This document shows, one piece after another, positions 46,647 through 56,120 of a DNA stretch of 61,690 nucleotides. Source of the stretch: a virus (taxonomy: Duplodnaviria > Caudoviricetes); the IMG/VR virus record IMGVR_UViG_3300029986_000019, positions 1 to 61,690 of that record. One strand, written 5' to 3'. Position 1 is the stretch's first letter. The number at the start of each line of letters is the position of its first letter. The position numbers and the translations under genes are program-made. The notes under the pieces were generated by a model. That model did no database searches. It saw only the letters and a program-made list of their open reading frames with translations, and was not told the DNA's origin.

Positions 46647-46691
46647 AGTAATAATCCTCTTTCTGTTTGTTACCTACCTATACACTAGATA

Positions 46692-47474
46692 CTAGCGGAT
46701 AGCATACACATATATTCTCTGTGTGTCCATAGCAAACGCTATAGGCTTTTGGCCTGTTAATGTTGGTGCAGTGTCTAGTCCACCAGGTACAGTACCTGAC
46801 AGGTATAGGTCTGCTCCGGGAGTAAGAAGGTCATCACTATAGCTCATGATGACAGCATCATATAGAGTAATTGGTTCGCCTCTCTTTGTTTTGATAACAG
46901 CGATACCACGTACTCTAGATGCAGACTGTTCTGCACCTGATGCACCTACAGGCTGTCCTACAGTTGTATGTACCATACTGAGTACTGCTGGCTGAGGATC
47001 AGTACTGTCAAGAAGACTAGAGTCTACTTCAATTAGCTCAAGTTCTTGTCCAGCTAGTCCACTAGCCGCAGTAAATACAAAGTTAGGGAATGCTCCGCTA
47101 ACTGTCATGTTTCCTGCACCTACTGAACTCAGACCCTGCATCGCAGTCTGTACATCTCCACTAGTGTTAGCAGGTGCGAGAGGGGCAGTATATACTCCTC
47201 TAAACCCTAGGACATAAGTTGATGTACCAAGTATATTTCCACTTGGTTGGTTACAACTCATAGTCTGTACATCGTTAACTGCTGCTGTAGTACCTGTCTG
47301 ATCCTCAAGTGCTCTCATTACAGAGCCATCAGACATTACAGTACAGAAGTCTCCAAAGTCTATGGTCTCTCCTACACAACCACCAAATGCACCAAATGGT
47401 CCTATCCGGTGGTTATTGTCCGGAAATTGTGTTGCTAGGGAAACTCCACTAGCAGACTTAACAACGAGTGTCAT
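46692..47474 (-). CDS. Head decoration / cement protein with an inserted domain
   Basis: GETIDFGDFC..DG.V.RA / RGIA..GEPITL..LTPGADLYLSGTVPGGLDTAP, split by an insertion. Confidence 0.7.
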   Translation of the reverse strand: MTLVVKSASGVSLATQFPDNNHRIGPFGAFGGCVGETIDFGDFCTVMSDGSVMRALEDQTGTTAAVNDVQTMSCNQPSGNILGTSTYVLGFRGVYTAPLAPANTSGDVQTAMQGLSSVGAGNMTVSGAFPNFVFTAASGLAGQELELIEVDSSLLDSTDPQPAVLSMVHTTVGQPVGASGAEQSASRVRGIAVIKTKRGEPITLYDAVIMSYSDDLLTPGADLYLSGTVPGGLDTAPTLTGQKPIAFAMDTQRIYVYAIR

Positions 47475-47492
47475 TACTTTCTATTCCTTTCT

Positions 47493-48161
47493 TTAGAACG
47501 CGAACTTTTTCTTTACAGTAGCAGCAGCAGCTTGTCTCTGCTTATCTACTGAAGCAGAAGCATTATTGTTACCACCCTCAAGGCTAGGACCTTTATGTTT
47601 GTTACCTAGATCCTTAGCAAGTAGTTTAGCATTAGCCTCATACTCTTCAGGGTCAGATCCTAACATCTTATGGTACCCATCAGGAAGTTTGTACTTAGCT
47701 GCCATCTGAAGTCTAGTATTCTCATCAGACTGTTTTGATGTAGTCTTTAGGAGATCCTCATACTTCTGTTTCCAACTGTCTCTATCAGTCTCAGTAAGCT
47801 TTAGAGCATCCTTTAGGTTACCATCAGTTATAGCCTTTTGCCTATCAGCTTCTAGTTTGTCAGCAGCCTCTTTATCAGAAGTAGCCTTTTGATCAGCTAG
47901 TAACTTTAGTCTAGCTTTCTCTGCTGAAGCAGCAGTTCGTTTAGCTAGTTCTTTCTTTGTCTTCTCATCTAGTTGACTGTCATCAAACTCTTCATCATCA
48001 CCTTCTTCGTCTGTTGGTACATCCTTGTCTTTAGTCTTGTCTCCATCGGCTGGTTTATCAGCAGGTTTGTCTGCTGGCTTGTCAGCAGGTTTATCACTAC
48101 CACCATCCTTTGGTGCCTCAAAGTATATACCTCGTTCGTGTCCTAGTCTATTCCCCCACAT
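47493..48161 (-). CDS. Capsid scaffolding protein
   Basis: DKPA repeats, charged coiled coil, A.KY.LP..L.G..EE.EANAK.L; just before decoration and capsid genes. Confidence 0.8.
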   Translation of the reverse strand: MWGNRLGHERGIYFEAPKDGGSDKPADKPADKPADKPADGDKTKDKDVPTDEEGDDEEFDDSQLDEKTKKELAKRTAASAEKARLKLLADQKATSDKEAADKLEADRQKAITDGNLKDALKLTETDRDSWKQKYEDLLKTTSKQSDENTRLQMAAKYKLPDGYHKMLGSDPEEYEANAKLLAKDLGNKHKGPSLEGGNNNASASVDKQRQAAAATVKKKFAF

Positions 48162-48176
48162 AATGTTTATTCTCCT

Positions 48177-48818
48177 TTAGAATGTTTCAATCTCAGACCC
48201 TAGCTTATCGTCAGGGCCAACTCGGTAGATAATGGTACAATGACATCTAGCTTGGCATATCCTCAACCCTATAGGAATAAGAGTACCTATCGGTACCCAT
48301 CCTTCGCCTGTCATATCAGTGCAGTCTATACAGTGATCAGCCCCACCTAGAATGTTTAACTCTTGAGTAGAACCTGCTTCTGTCTCTAGTATACGTCTTT
48401 CATTCTCATAGGTTTGTCTAGATGCTTCAGCGTATAGTGATGCCCTCACAGCCATTGAACCATTAGGTAGTTGTTTACCAGTGTAGATATCTTCAGCAAA
48501 GCCTTGAAGATACTGGTACTGTTCTGCAATGTAACCCTCAAGTCTAGAGTAGTCTTCAGGGTCCATTTGTTCCCATCCACCATTAGCAGCAACAGACATT
48601 ACAATCTGTAGGTTCTTTATCTCACCGGCCATTAGCGTTTGCCATTCAGCAATACTTGAGTAGCCGTTACGTAGATTTAAAGTCCAATACTGCATTTCAG
48701 CGGATGATTGATCAATGATACTGTCTAGTTCTTTACGAACTTCAACCCTCCCAACATATCGTCCTGTAGTAGTATCATGGTAGCGTTTACTTTTGGTGGA
48801 GTAGGTAAAGCTAGGCAT
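48177..48818 (-). CDS. MuF-like minor head protein
   Basis: YL.GFA.DI; RA.LYA; DHCIDC..GW.PIG..C.ARCHC. Confidence 0.7.
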   Translation of the reverse strand: MPSFTYSTKSKRYHDTTTGRYVGRVEVRKELDSIIDQSSAEMQYWTLNLRNGYSSIAEWQTLMAGEIKNLQIVMSVAANGGWEQMDPEDYSRLEGYIAEQYQYLQGFAEDIYTGKQLPNGSMAVRASLYAEASRQTYENERRILETEAGSTQELNILGGADHCIDCTDMTGEGWVPIGTLIPIGLRICQARCHCTIIYRVGPDDKLGSEIETF

Positions 48819-48821
48819 GAG

Positions 48822-49106
48822 TTATGTTGTACTCCCTTCTGCACTAAGTAGGTTGTTGTATCTGATAATAGAGTTTGTCACAAAATAGGAATGTGCCGCG
48901 TCTATATCTTTCTGCGAGATTGCCGCGAGTTTTTCTCTCTGGGAATGATCCCATACTGTAGGTAAGCCTTTAGCTTTCGGTTTACTAGACCGCTTTTGAA
49001 TAAGGCTTCTTTTTGTTAGCTGTAGTTGAGGCTTTATTGCCGTTAACGTTTGTTGGTCCTGTTTTTGTTTTTCCTCTGCTAGCGGAAGGTGTTGGGTTAA
49101 TAACAT
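48822..49106 (-). CDS. Hypothetical protein overlapping the portal 3' end
   Basis: ATG with an AAGGA RBS inside the portal gene; LAAISQKDIDAA motif. Confidence 0.55.
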   Translation of the reverse strand: MLLTQHLPLAEEKQKQDQQTLTAIKPQLQLTKRSLIQKRSSKPKAKGLPTVWDHSQREKLAAISQKDIDAAHSYFVTNSIIRYNNLLSAEGSTT

Positions 49107-50649
49107 TCTGTTGATCCTTTAGATCAGATAAGTTCTGTGATAGCTGTTTAGCTACATCATTCTCTAGGTCTTGAAGTAGTTCTTCATCCCATCCAGCTAC
49201 TACCCTTAAGTATGTAGCTAATGGAAGTCCAGCAGCTACAGCAGCATCAGCACCTTGCCAGAAGGATAGATCAGCCATTGCAAGTGCTAATGGGTCTCTA
49301 TCACCAGCATCTGCATAGTCTGCGGTCAACATTGCATCTTCATCAAGTCCACCTTCACCGAAGGTATTCTCTAGTTCTATACAACGATGCATAACCTCTA
49401 CCCATGCTGGTTTGAACCTCTTTTGTCTAGCCTTTGTTCTACCTCTTATAGGTTGCTCAAGCATGTATACACTTTCGCCTGAAGGCCAGTTACCAGAGAT
49501 TGCATTATAAGGTGTGCCAGTACTTCGACAGAAACTTTCAACCTTAAGTTTATACACTGCTAGTAGTTGAGTAGGATCACCCGGCTCTATAGTTCCCCAT
49601 GCTGCTTCTTCTTCATCAGCATGATAATGTGTGCCAGGTCCAGTCTTTGGCCTAACACGTTTACCATTAATGGTCTGTAGTTTATAGCCTTTAGACCATG
49701 TACGTTGGTATCCTGTCATTCTAGCAGCAGCAGAGATATCATATTGAGTGTCGTTGATTTGATCTTGTGAGCCTAAACCACCACCGTCAAGTATAGATGC
49801 TCCGTAGTTTTCAAACTCATCAGATGGGTTAGAGAAGTGGATAAAGGGTATACTTAGTGGTTGGCCATCTTCATCAACATAGGGTATAGCTACAGGTTCA
49901 GTACCTGCTGGTTGAACACCTGCTTGTGTACCTGCTGTAGTATAGCCACTAGCTATGTCATCAGCTACAACAAAAGGTAGCCAGTTACCTAGACCATTTG
50001 CTAGATAGCGTTCGATACCACCTTCATAGTAAACTGTACGTCTCTTACCAATTGGGCTATCCCATTCCTTAACGGCGTATAGCATTTCACCATAAGCATC
50101 GTAGCCTATGAACACTCCTGTAAAACCATCCCACCACTTTTCTCTATGGATTATTATCTTTTCTTTTTCATAGTTGTACTCAACCATGAGACAGAAGTTT
50201 CCATCCCGTATAGTGTTACGATGTGTACGTTGCTGTAAGTCATCAAACTTAGACTTCTGCCAGAACATGTTTATCCAAGTTTGTGTACTATCATCTTTAC
50301 ACAGTATACCCTTTAGTTCAAGTCGATCAGCATGTTCACTGAGGATTTGTCCACAAACGTTATCGCAATACTCGTGGCCTAAAACACCTTCCATCATTCT
50401 CTGTTGATCCATAGTTAAGGTAACATCTTGTCTACCCATAGCATAGTTTCTAAAGTTTATGATGTTTCTAAAAGAGTTTAGTGTCTCAGTACGATCAACC
50501 GTTAGCTGCTCGTTTATATCTGTAACGTTTGTTCGGAGCTTTCCCAACATCTTTTTTCTCGCGCCTTGTGCGGGGTTTGAAAGATCTTGCTGTTTCGATT
50601 TTCGTGTTATAGCTATACGTTTGCCCGTCGAAGTCTTCAGGATTGCCAT
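48985..50649 (-). CDS. Portal protein (SPP1 gp6-like)
   Basis: NVC.QI....DRL, IPFIHFSN, G.S.L, QD.IN, PSGES; follows terL. Confidence 0.85.
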   Translation of the reverse strand: MAILKTSTGKRIAITRKSKQQDLSNPAQGARKKMLGKLRTNVTDINEQLTVDRTETLNSFRNIINFRNYAMGRQDVTLTMDQQRMMEGVLGHEYCDNVCGQILSEHADRLELKGILCKDDSTQTWINMFWQKSKFDDLQQRTHRNTIRDGNFCLMVEYNYEKEKIIIHREKWWDGFTGVFIGYDAYGEMLYAVKEWDSPIGKRRTVYYEGGIERYLANGLGNWLPFVVADDIASGYTTAGTQAGVQPAGTEPVAIPYVDEDGQPLSIPFIHFSNPSDEFENYGASILDGGGLGSQDQINDTQYDISAAARMTGYQRTWSKGYKLQTINGKRVRPKTGPGTHYHADEEEAAWGTIEPGDPTQLLAVYKLKVESFCRSTGTPYNAISGNWPSGESVYMLEQPIRGRTKARQKRFKPAWVEVMHRCIELENTFGEGGLDEDAMLTADYADAGDRDPLALAMADLSFWQGADAAVAAGLPLATYLRVVAGWDEELLQDLENDVAKQLSQNLSDLKDQQNVINPTPSASRGKTKTGPTNVNGNKASTTANKKKPYSKAV

Positions 50650-52330
50650 AGTAGTCTACCTCTATAAAATCATTATCATCTAGGATCTCAGCCAGAGTAT
50701 AGCCCTGAGAGTTTCTTTCTCTCATGTCCATATCTTCTCCACTAAACCCTACAGTGTCAAAGTCCTCTCCGGGTAGTTCATCAATTTCTAGCGCAATCTC
50801 TGAGAACGCATCAGCACTAGCGTCTACTTGGTCCTTCTTAGTATTAGGACCGCCGGGAAATACCCTTAACTCTTCGATGTATGGAGGTATCCAAGATACG
50901 TATTCTCCGTCTTCACCTTTCTCAAGTACATCTTCCCCAGTAAACACTAGCCTTACTAGTCCTGCATTTACGTAGTTAGAATATGGATCGGCTCTAGTTG
51001 GTTTGTCTTCATTAGGCACATGCTTGAAGATGATAATGAAACCTTTAAGAAGCTTTCTAAACATTACAGCTTGATCTTTACCAGCCCCACCTGGGTCAAT
51101 AGCAAACCTAATGTTTACGTTCTTATATTTTCTTCTGTCTTCTTTAGCAGCGTAACGTATCTTTTTGTTTCTAAGATCCGTGTTATCTCTAAACCTTAGT
51201 ACATCAATGATATACACATAGTCGTCATCACCCAGTCCCATTAAGACACCTACAGTCCAGTCACCATCTTCTGTAGAAGCTATATCCCATGCTCTACAGT
51301 ATTTGATGATAGTGACGCCCATAGGTATCTTCTTGATAACCCTTAGAGATTTGATAGAGAAGAAGTTGCCTTCTTCTTTAGATGGCTTTCCTTGGAACTG
51401 TGAGAGCCATACAGCGGGGTTTCGCTTCATTTCGCGATAATACCCGGCTTGTCGTGATTTTCTGGGAGAGAGGTATTCACCTATCTTCCGTTTCATAGGG
51501 TCTGGACCACCGACTTCCATGCGTTCGTCGCCGTCCCACTCTGCCCTATAGGATACAAGTTCCCAAACTCCACCGTGGTACTGTAGACCCTCTTCTCTAA
51601 TAAGCTGCCCTACAAAATCGTCATCGTCATATCTGTGAAACATAACTATAACGTTTGCATTATCATCAATACGAACCTTAGCACCTTTAGCCCAGAAATC
51701 CCAAACGTTTTTACGTATCAATGCAGAAGCTGCTTGTTGTGGACTAGCGTATGGGTCGTCAATAATTAAATGGTCTGCACCACGACCAACGAACCCTGTT
51801 TGTAACCCTAGAGCTATTAGTGACCATTGGCTGTCATTGTATTTACGTCTAGCTACTGTAGAGAACTTTTCATCTGAGCATTTTGTAGGTATCCTAGTGT
51901 CTGCTTCCGGAAACATCTCTTTGTAGTCAGCACCTTGCATGATGACTTTATTGACACCAGTAAACTCTCTAGAGTGATCAATGTTATAACCAGCTAGCGC
52001 AACTCTTGTAGTAGGGTCATCACCTATTAGGTAAGAGGGTAAACGCTGTGATACTACAATAGATCCTCCGTGCTGTGGTGGTTTGTGTATAAGTACTCTT
52101 TGGCCTTTTTGGTGGGTAAGTTTTTCTAGCCGTCGGCACATGTGGTTTTGCCAAGGCTCTAGGATTAACTTGGAGGTTTCTTCTACATAAGTAGAAAGAG
52201 GTAAACGACGTGGTGTATGTCGAGTTCCTGCAACATTTGTATCTGGACTTAACTGTGTGGTTAACTCTCTAATGGCTGTTTCTAGTAGAGTATCTCCATC
52301 CATTAGATCGAGCATCCTACTGTATGCCAT
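50495..52330 (-). CDS. terL: Terminase large subunit
   Basis: PPQHGGS (Walker A position), GRGADHLIIDDPY, RAWDIAS..GDWTVG, KDQVDASADAF nuclease motif. Confidence 0.92.
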   Translation of the reverse strand: MAYSRMLDLMDGDTLLETAIRELTTQLSPDTNVAGTRHTPRRLPLSTYVEETSKLILEPWQNHMCRRLEKLTHQKGQRVLIHKPPQHGGSIVVSQRLPSYLIGDDPTTRVALAGYNIDHSREFTGVNKVIMQGADYKEMFPEADTRIPTKCSDEKFSTVARRKYNDSQWSLIALGLQTGFVGRGADHLIIDDPYASPQQAASALIRKNVWDFWAKGAKVRIDDNANVIVMFHRYDDDDFVGQLIREEGLQYHGGVWELVSYRAEWDGDERMEVGGPDPMKRKIGEYLSPRKSRQAGYYREMKRNPAVWLSQFQGKPSKEEGNFFSIKSLRVIKKIPMGVTIIKYCRAWDIASTEDGDWTVGVLMGLGDDDYVYIIDVLRFRDNTDLRNKKIRYAAKEDRRKYKNVNIRFAIDPGGAGKDQAVMFRKLLKGFIIIFKHVPNEDKPTRADPYSNYVNAGLVRLVFTGEDVLEKGEDGEYVSWIPPYIEELRVFPGGPNTKKDQVDASADAFSEIALEIDELPGEDFDTVGFSGEDMDMRERNSQGYTLAEILDDNDFIEVDYYGNPEDFDGQTYSYNTKIETARSFKPRTRREKKDVGKAPNKRYRYKRAANG

Positions 52331-52446
52331 GAGACTGCTCCTGAAAAGTATTGTGTGGTGGTGTTTAAAAACAGTAGAGACTATAGGGCTATAATCTCTA
52401 CTGAGTATTACTAAGGAGTAAAGGAGTGTAAACTCCTGAGTAATCC

Positions 52447-52809
52447 TTATACTGCTGTTGGTGGTGGTAAAGCAGACCCTACGAGAGATGCAGCTTCATT
52501 TTGAACATAAGCCATAAGTCCATTAACCAGAGGACTGATCATAGAGTTTATAGCCATGTCTGCAAACGATGCTAGGAATGGGTTTCCTCCAAGTGCTGCG
52601 TTGATGAAGTCATCAACATGGGCTGTAACAAACGACTGTATAGTTGAGCTGTTCACTGTAGACTGAGTTGTTACCCACTTGTCTATAGATTGTGTGACAG
52701 AGTTCCAGATCTTAGTCTGCCACTGTGAACCAAAGAGTTGAGATACTGCCCATTTCTCAAAACCATTAAGTTTCAGTTTCAGTAGAGGGTTTGCGGTTGG
52801 GGTTGCCAT
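52447..52809 (-). CDS. Hypothetical protein
   Basis: 120-aa amphipathic helical ORF between terS and terL. Confidence 0.65.
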   Translation of the reverse strand: MATPTANPLLKLKLNGFEKWAVSQLFGSQWQTKIWNSVTQSIDKWVTTQSTVNSSTIQSFVTAHVDDFINAALGGNPFLASFADMAINSMISPLVNGLMAYVQNEAASLVGSALPPPTAV

Positions 52810-52817
52810 TGTGGTTA

Positions 52818-53162
52818 TTACTCTTCATTCTGCCCATTGTCTTCAGTACCGGGCTTAGGTTTAGTATACGGTTCCTCAACTTTAGGTACCGTAAAGGTTG
52901 CTTCATCTACATCTTCTATTCTAAAGTGCGTGATAGAGATGTTCACTGATGCGTGACGTTCTAGTAGGTCACTCTGGCTATCTTTACCTGAATGACCGTA
53001 GGCTGTAACGTCTACACCTGTATTACCCCAAGACTGATCCTTAGATAGTTCTGAGATAATACAGTATTTAGCATTTTCCTGTTGTGCTTGATAACTAGGC
53101 ATAGCAAGTATCTGTGCGAGCACAGCAAGACGCGGACCTTTCGAGCGAATTGACCAAGACAT
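52818..53162 (-). CDS. Hypothetical protein
   Basis: 114 aa; MSWS..V.VTAYGH..ASVNIS. Confidence 0.65.
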   Translation of the reverse strand: MSWSIRSKGPRLAVLAQILAMPSYQAQQENAKYCIISELSKDQSWGNTGVDVTAYGHSGKDSQSDLLERHASVNISITHFRIEDVDEATFTVPKVEEPYTKPKPGTEDNGQNEE

Positions 53163-53228
53163 TGTGGTGGCCCTTTCTCTGGGAGTAAATTATGCTAGCC
53201 TCTTGGTTAGAAGAGGCTAGACTTGTGT

Positions 53229-53807
53229 CTAAGTAGATCCACTTTTCCAACTGATGTAACCGACTACATCACCTGATGCAGCGGATACGTTATCTGTGTC
53301 AGCATAACCTTTAGATAGAGAGTAACCAAATCCTTCTATAAAAAGGATGGCTTGTCCTAACTTAAGGGTGTCTGAAGTGGTTGAAGTAGCGGGAAGTTCA
53401 ATTGTTATAACCGGGACATCAGTTCCACATACTGGAACTGTAGCCTTGTTATACAAGTGTAAGTATACAGGATAGGCTGCTTTATTGTAAAGCGACCAAC
53501 CTGTAATGTATGTAGGTGCAGGAACTGTAGCCCCTGCTACTGTGAATGGTCCCTGTGGGATGAACTGCCCTGCTATAGGGCCATTTACTAGAAAGTTATC
53601 TAGTGTATTGCCTGACGAGTATTGTGCAATTACTTTTGCAAGGTTTGCAATGTCATACTTCTGTCCTGAGTTCATAGACTGTGCGCTTACAGATTTTACT
53701 TGCAGTATAGGCGCTGCAATAAAAACTGATGCTGCTATACATAGTCCTAGAACTAGTATAGACACTATCGGCGACCTGATATTCTTCATGCTAAAGTTTC
53801 CTTTCAT
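53229..53807 (-). CDS. Exported / membrane-anchored beta-rich protein
   Basis: N-terminal signal-like hydrophobic stretch; GWSLYN..YLHLYNKATVP..GTDVP jelly-roll-like C-terminus. Confidence 0.6.
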   Translation of the reverse strand: MKGNFSMKNIRSPIVSILVLGLCIAASVFIAAPILQVKSVSAQSMNSGQKYDIANLAKVIAQYSSGNTLDNFLVNGPIAGQFIPQGPFTVAGATVPAPTYITGWSLYNKAAYPVYLHLYNKATVPVCGTDVPVITIELPATSTTSDTLKLGQAILFIEGFGYSLSKGYADTDNVSAASGDVVGYISWKSGST

Positions 53808-53977
53808 TTGTGTCGGGCATATAGCAGCTAGGGATAGAGGTCCACAGTCTCTACTCTAGGTCTGTTTATATGCCCGTTTGATGGGTGAGGTTTGTTTTTG
53901 GCTACCACTTACCCCATCAAAGGTTATTTGCTGTCAATCCGACTATGTGTATTATATATAGTCGAAACTTTATTTAA

Positions 53978-55156
53978 CTAATCATCTTCCAGTTCTATTG
54001 GTTCTGATTGTTTTGATTGTGCTGCTAGTCTAGCGTTTATAATAGCATTAGCCCTGTTTAGTTGACCTGCTTTAGCACTAGAGGCTGCACTGGGTTTAGG
54101 GTGATCACTAACAGGTAATGGTGGAGGGCTAATGGCTACAACACTTTTCTCTCTGCTATCACTTGAAGTACCTATGATGCTGTCTCTAGGTTTACTAATA
54201 AGACTACTCAAGCCTGTAGCTACATTAGATAGGAAGTCCATCTTCAGTGATACATCAATACCTGTCACTTTAAACTCTTCTAACAAGAGTTTAGCATCAG
54301 GTGTTAATCCTGCTTGATCCCTTTTGATGAGAATGTACTTCTCATTAACAGCGTTCATGAAATAACCTATACACTCTTTACATGTAGCTGCTATTCCAGT
54401 AATCAAAGCCATGGCTTGATCGGCTTTAATCATTGTCTTAAGATCACGTTCACGGTGGTGTGCAGTGTCTACAAGTCGTCTACGCTGTTCTGTAGCAATG
54501 TCTATCTGTTTCCATGTATGTTCTTGGTTTATGCCTTTACGATAGACATCCACTAACACCTTTAGAAAGTCTTCTGTTATTTCCCCATCGTCTGTTAACT
54601 TATCAGCCAAGCTAGTGATTAGGTTGTTTAGTTTCTTTCTAGTGTTGTAGTCTACATCAAAGCCTAGACCTTCCTTCAAAGTGTTGATACGTACATCTTG
54701 AAGGGCTATCTCATGGTTTAGGGATAGTAGGTCTGGATCATTTAATGCTCGTTGAAAGTCTGACTTCAAGTGTGAAGGCATACTCTCTGATGTTCTTAGG
54801 TGAGTAGCTCTAGGGTGTAGTGATCCTGTTAGTGCTTTACCCCCGTGCCTAAAACATCTGCCATTATCCATTATAGCCATAGACTGGCATCTAGCATTTT
54901 CTTGTGTTACAGGGTCTATTACGCCGGGGCGTCTAGAGTAGCATATAGGTTGTTGTTCATCATTGTAAGCAAAAACCCTTTTTCCATCTTCAGTGTAGGC
55001 CACAGGTGCATCACGTAGTTGTTTATCATTACGTTTGATGTACAATTTACCTATCTGTGCAGGTGTAATGTCTCGCTCTATTAGATGTTTACGTCTTCCG
55101 GGCGGAGCGTTCATATCCTTTAGTTGTTGTGGAGTGTAATTTCTTAGTGTTGCCAT
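53978..55156 (-). CDS. terS: Probable terminase small subunit (HGGxSTG-type)
   Basis: C..RC...NGRCFRHGGKALTG zinc/HGG motif, LSL..EIAL coiled coil; upstream of terL. Confidence 0.65.
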   Translation of the reverse strand: MATLRNYTPQQLKDMNAPPGRRKHLIERDITPAQIGKLYIKRNDKQLRDAPVAYTEDGKRVFAYNDEQQPICYSRRPGVIDPVTQENARCQSMAIMDNGRCFRHGGKALTGSLHPRATHLRTSESMPSHLKSDFQRALNDPDLLSLNHEIALQDVRINTLKEGLGFDVDYNTRKKLNNLITSLADKLTDDGEITEDFLKVLVDVYRKGINQEHTWKQIDIATEQRRRLVDTAHHRERDLKTMIKADQAMALITGIAATCKECIGYFMNAVNEKYILIKRDQAGLTPDAKLLLEEFKVTGIDVSLKMDFLSNVATGLSSLISKPRDSIIGTSSDSREKSVVAISPPPLPVSDHPKPSAASSAKAGQLNRANAIINARLAAQSKQSEPIELEDD

Positions 55157-55426
55157 AGTGTTTAGATCCTTTTCGAGCAGGGCGACCGTCCTAATCGCCC
55201 TTACTCGCAGGGTATAGGGGACACTTCCATAAAGTTAAGGCCCGTAACTTCCTAGACTTCAGGCAATCAACGCTCTATACCCTGTGTACGACAACAGCCA
55301 CCACCACTGTTGCCGCACATTATAGCAGAGCCAGCCTCTACTACGCTATCCATCTAGACTTCTCTTCGAGGTTTGGCTCTACAGTTTAGTGGAATGGCCC
55401 ACATTTTTCTCTGGGAATGATTTATA

Positions 55427-56023
55427 CTAGTAACCACTCACAGGATAACTAAAGTCTGTGTTAGATAGTAGTGGTCCTAGTACTACTACTAGATCACAAT
55501 GTTCCTCAAACCACGATGCAGTGATGTGTTCTTCGCCGGGTCCATGTCCACCATAACTCTCAACGCTATGGTCATGAGTATCCATCCAAACGTGTCCAGT
55601 GTTGTCACCACCACGACCATTAGGGTAGTGGAAGCATACTCTCAGCAAGTTGTAGCTAGGGTCTGTAGGTGAGATTGTTGCAGCATCGTTATACTGTTGG
55701 CTGGAATTGATTACGTGGTGCTTAAACCCTTGATCTATAAGCCATTGTGCTTGAGTGTATGAACCGTCTGGTAGTCCTGCACTCTGAAGTATACCATGAG
55801 TAGAGTAGTCTGCTAGTGTACGGAACCATCCTGAACAGTCTATCCCAGAGAAACCTATGGTGCCAGACCCAAGGTTAGGGTCTTTACCTCCAAAAACATA
55901 TCCTACATGAGCATCGTAAGCTTTTTGTTTGAAATTGGCAAACTCCATAAGGTCTATAGGTACATAGGTGAAACCTGCAAGCAATCCTGTGATAGCTTTC
56001 TTCAATGGTGTTTGAGTAGACAT
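55427..56023 (-). CDS. NlpC/P60 cysteine peptidase, probable endolysin
   Basis: YVFGGK..IDCSGW..GHVW..VESYGG catalytic Cys/His. Confidence 0.75.
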   Translation of the reverse strand: MSTQTPLKKAITGLLAGFTYVPIDLMEFANFKQKAYDAHVGYVFGGKDPNLGSGTIGFSGIDCSGWFRTLADYSTHGILQSAGLPDGSYTQAQWLIDQGFKHHVINSSQQYNDAATISPTDPSYNLLRVCFHYPNGRGGDNTGHVWMDTHDHSVESYGGHGPGEEHITASWFEEHCDLVVVLGPLLSNTDFSYPVSGY

Positions 56024-56120
56024 TGTTGGTGTATCCTTTGTGGTTGGGTGAAATAGATATCGTTCATCTAAACCGTAGGTGCCTATTGCTAGGCCAATTA
56101 GTCTTGTGATGGTTGTGGTA

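Noticed and set aside
48050-48096. 12-bp tandem repeat
   Set aside because: It simply encodes DKPA repeats in the scaffold protein's flexible N-terminus.
48822-49010. Frameshift extension of the portal
   Set aside because: It would need a +1 shift with no clear slippery site, and the downstream ORF has its own ATG and RBS.
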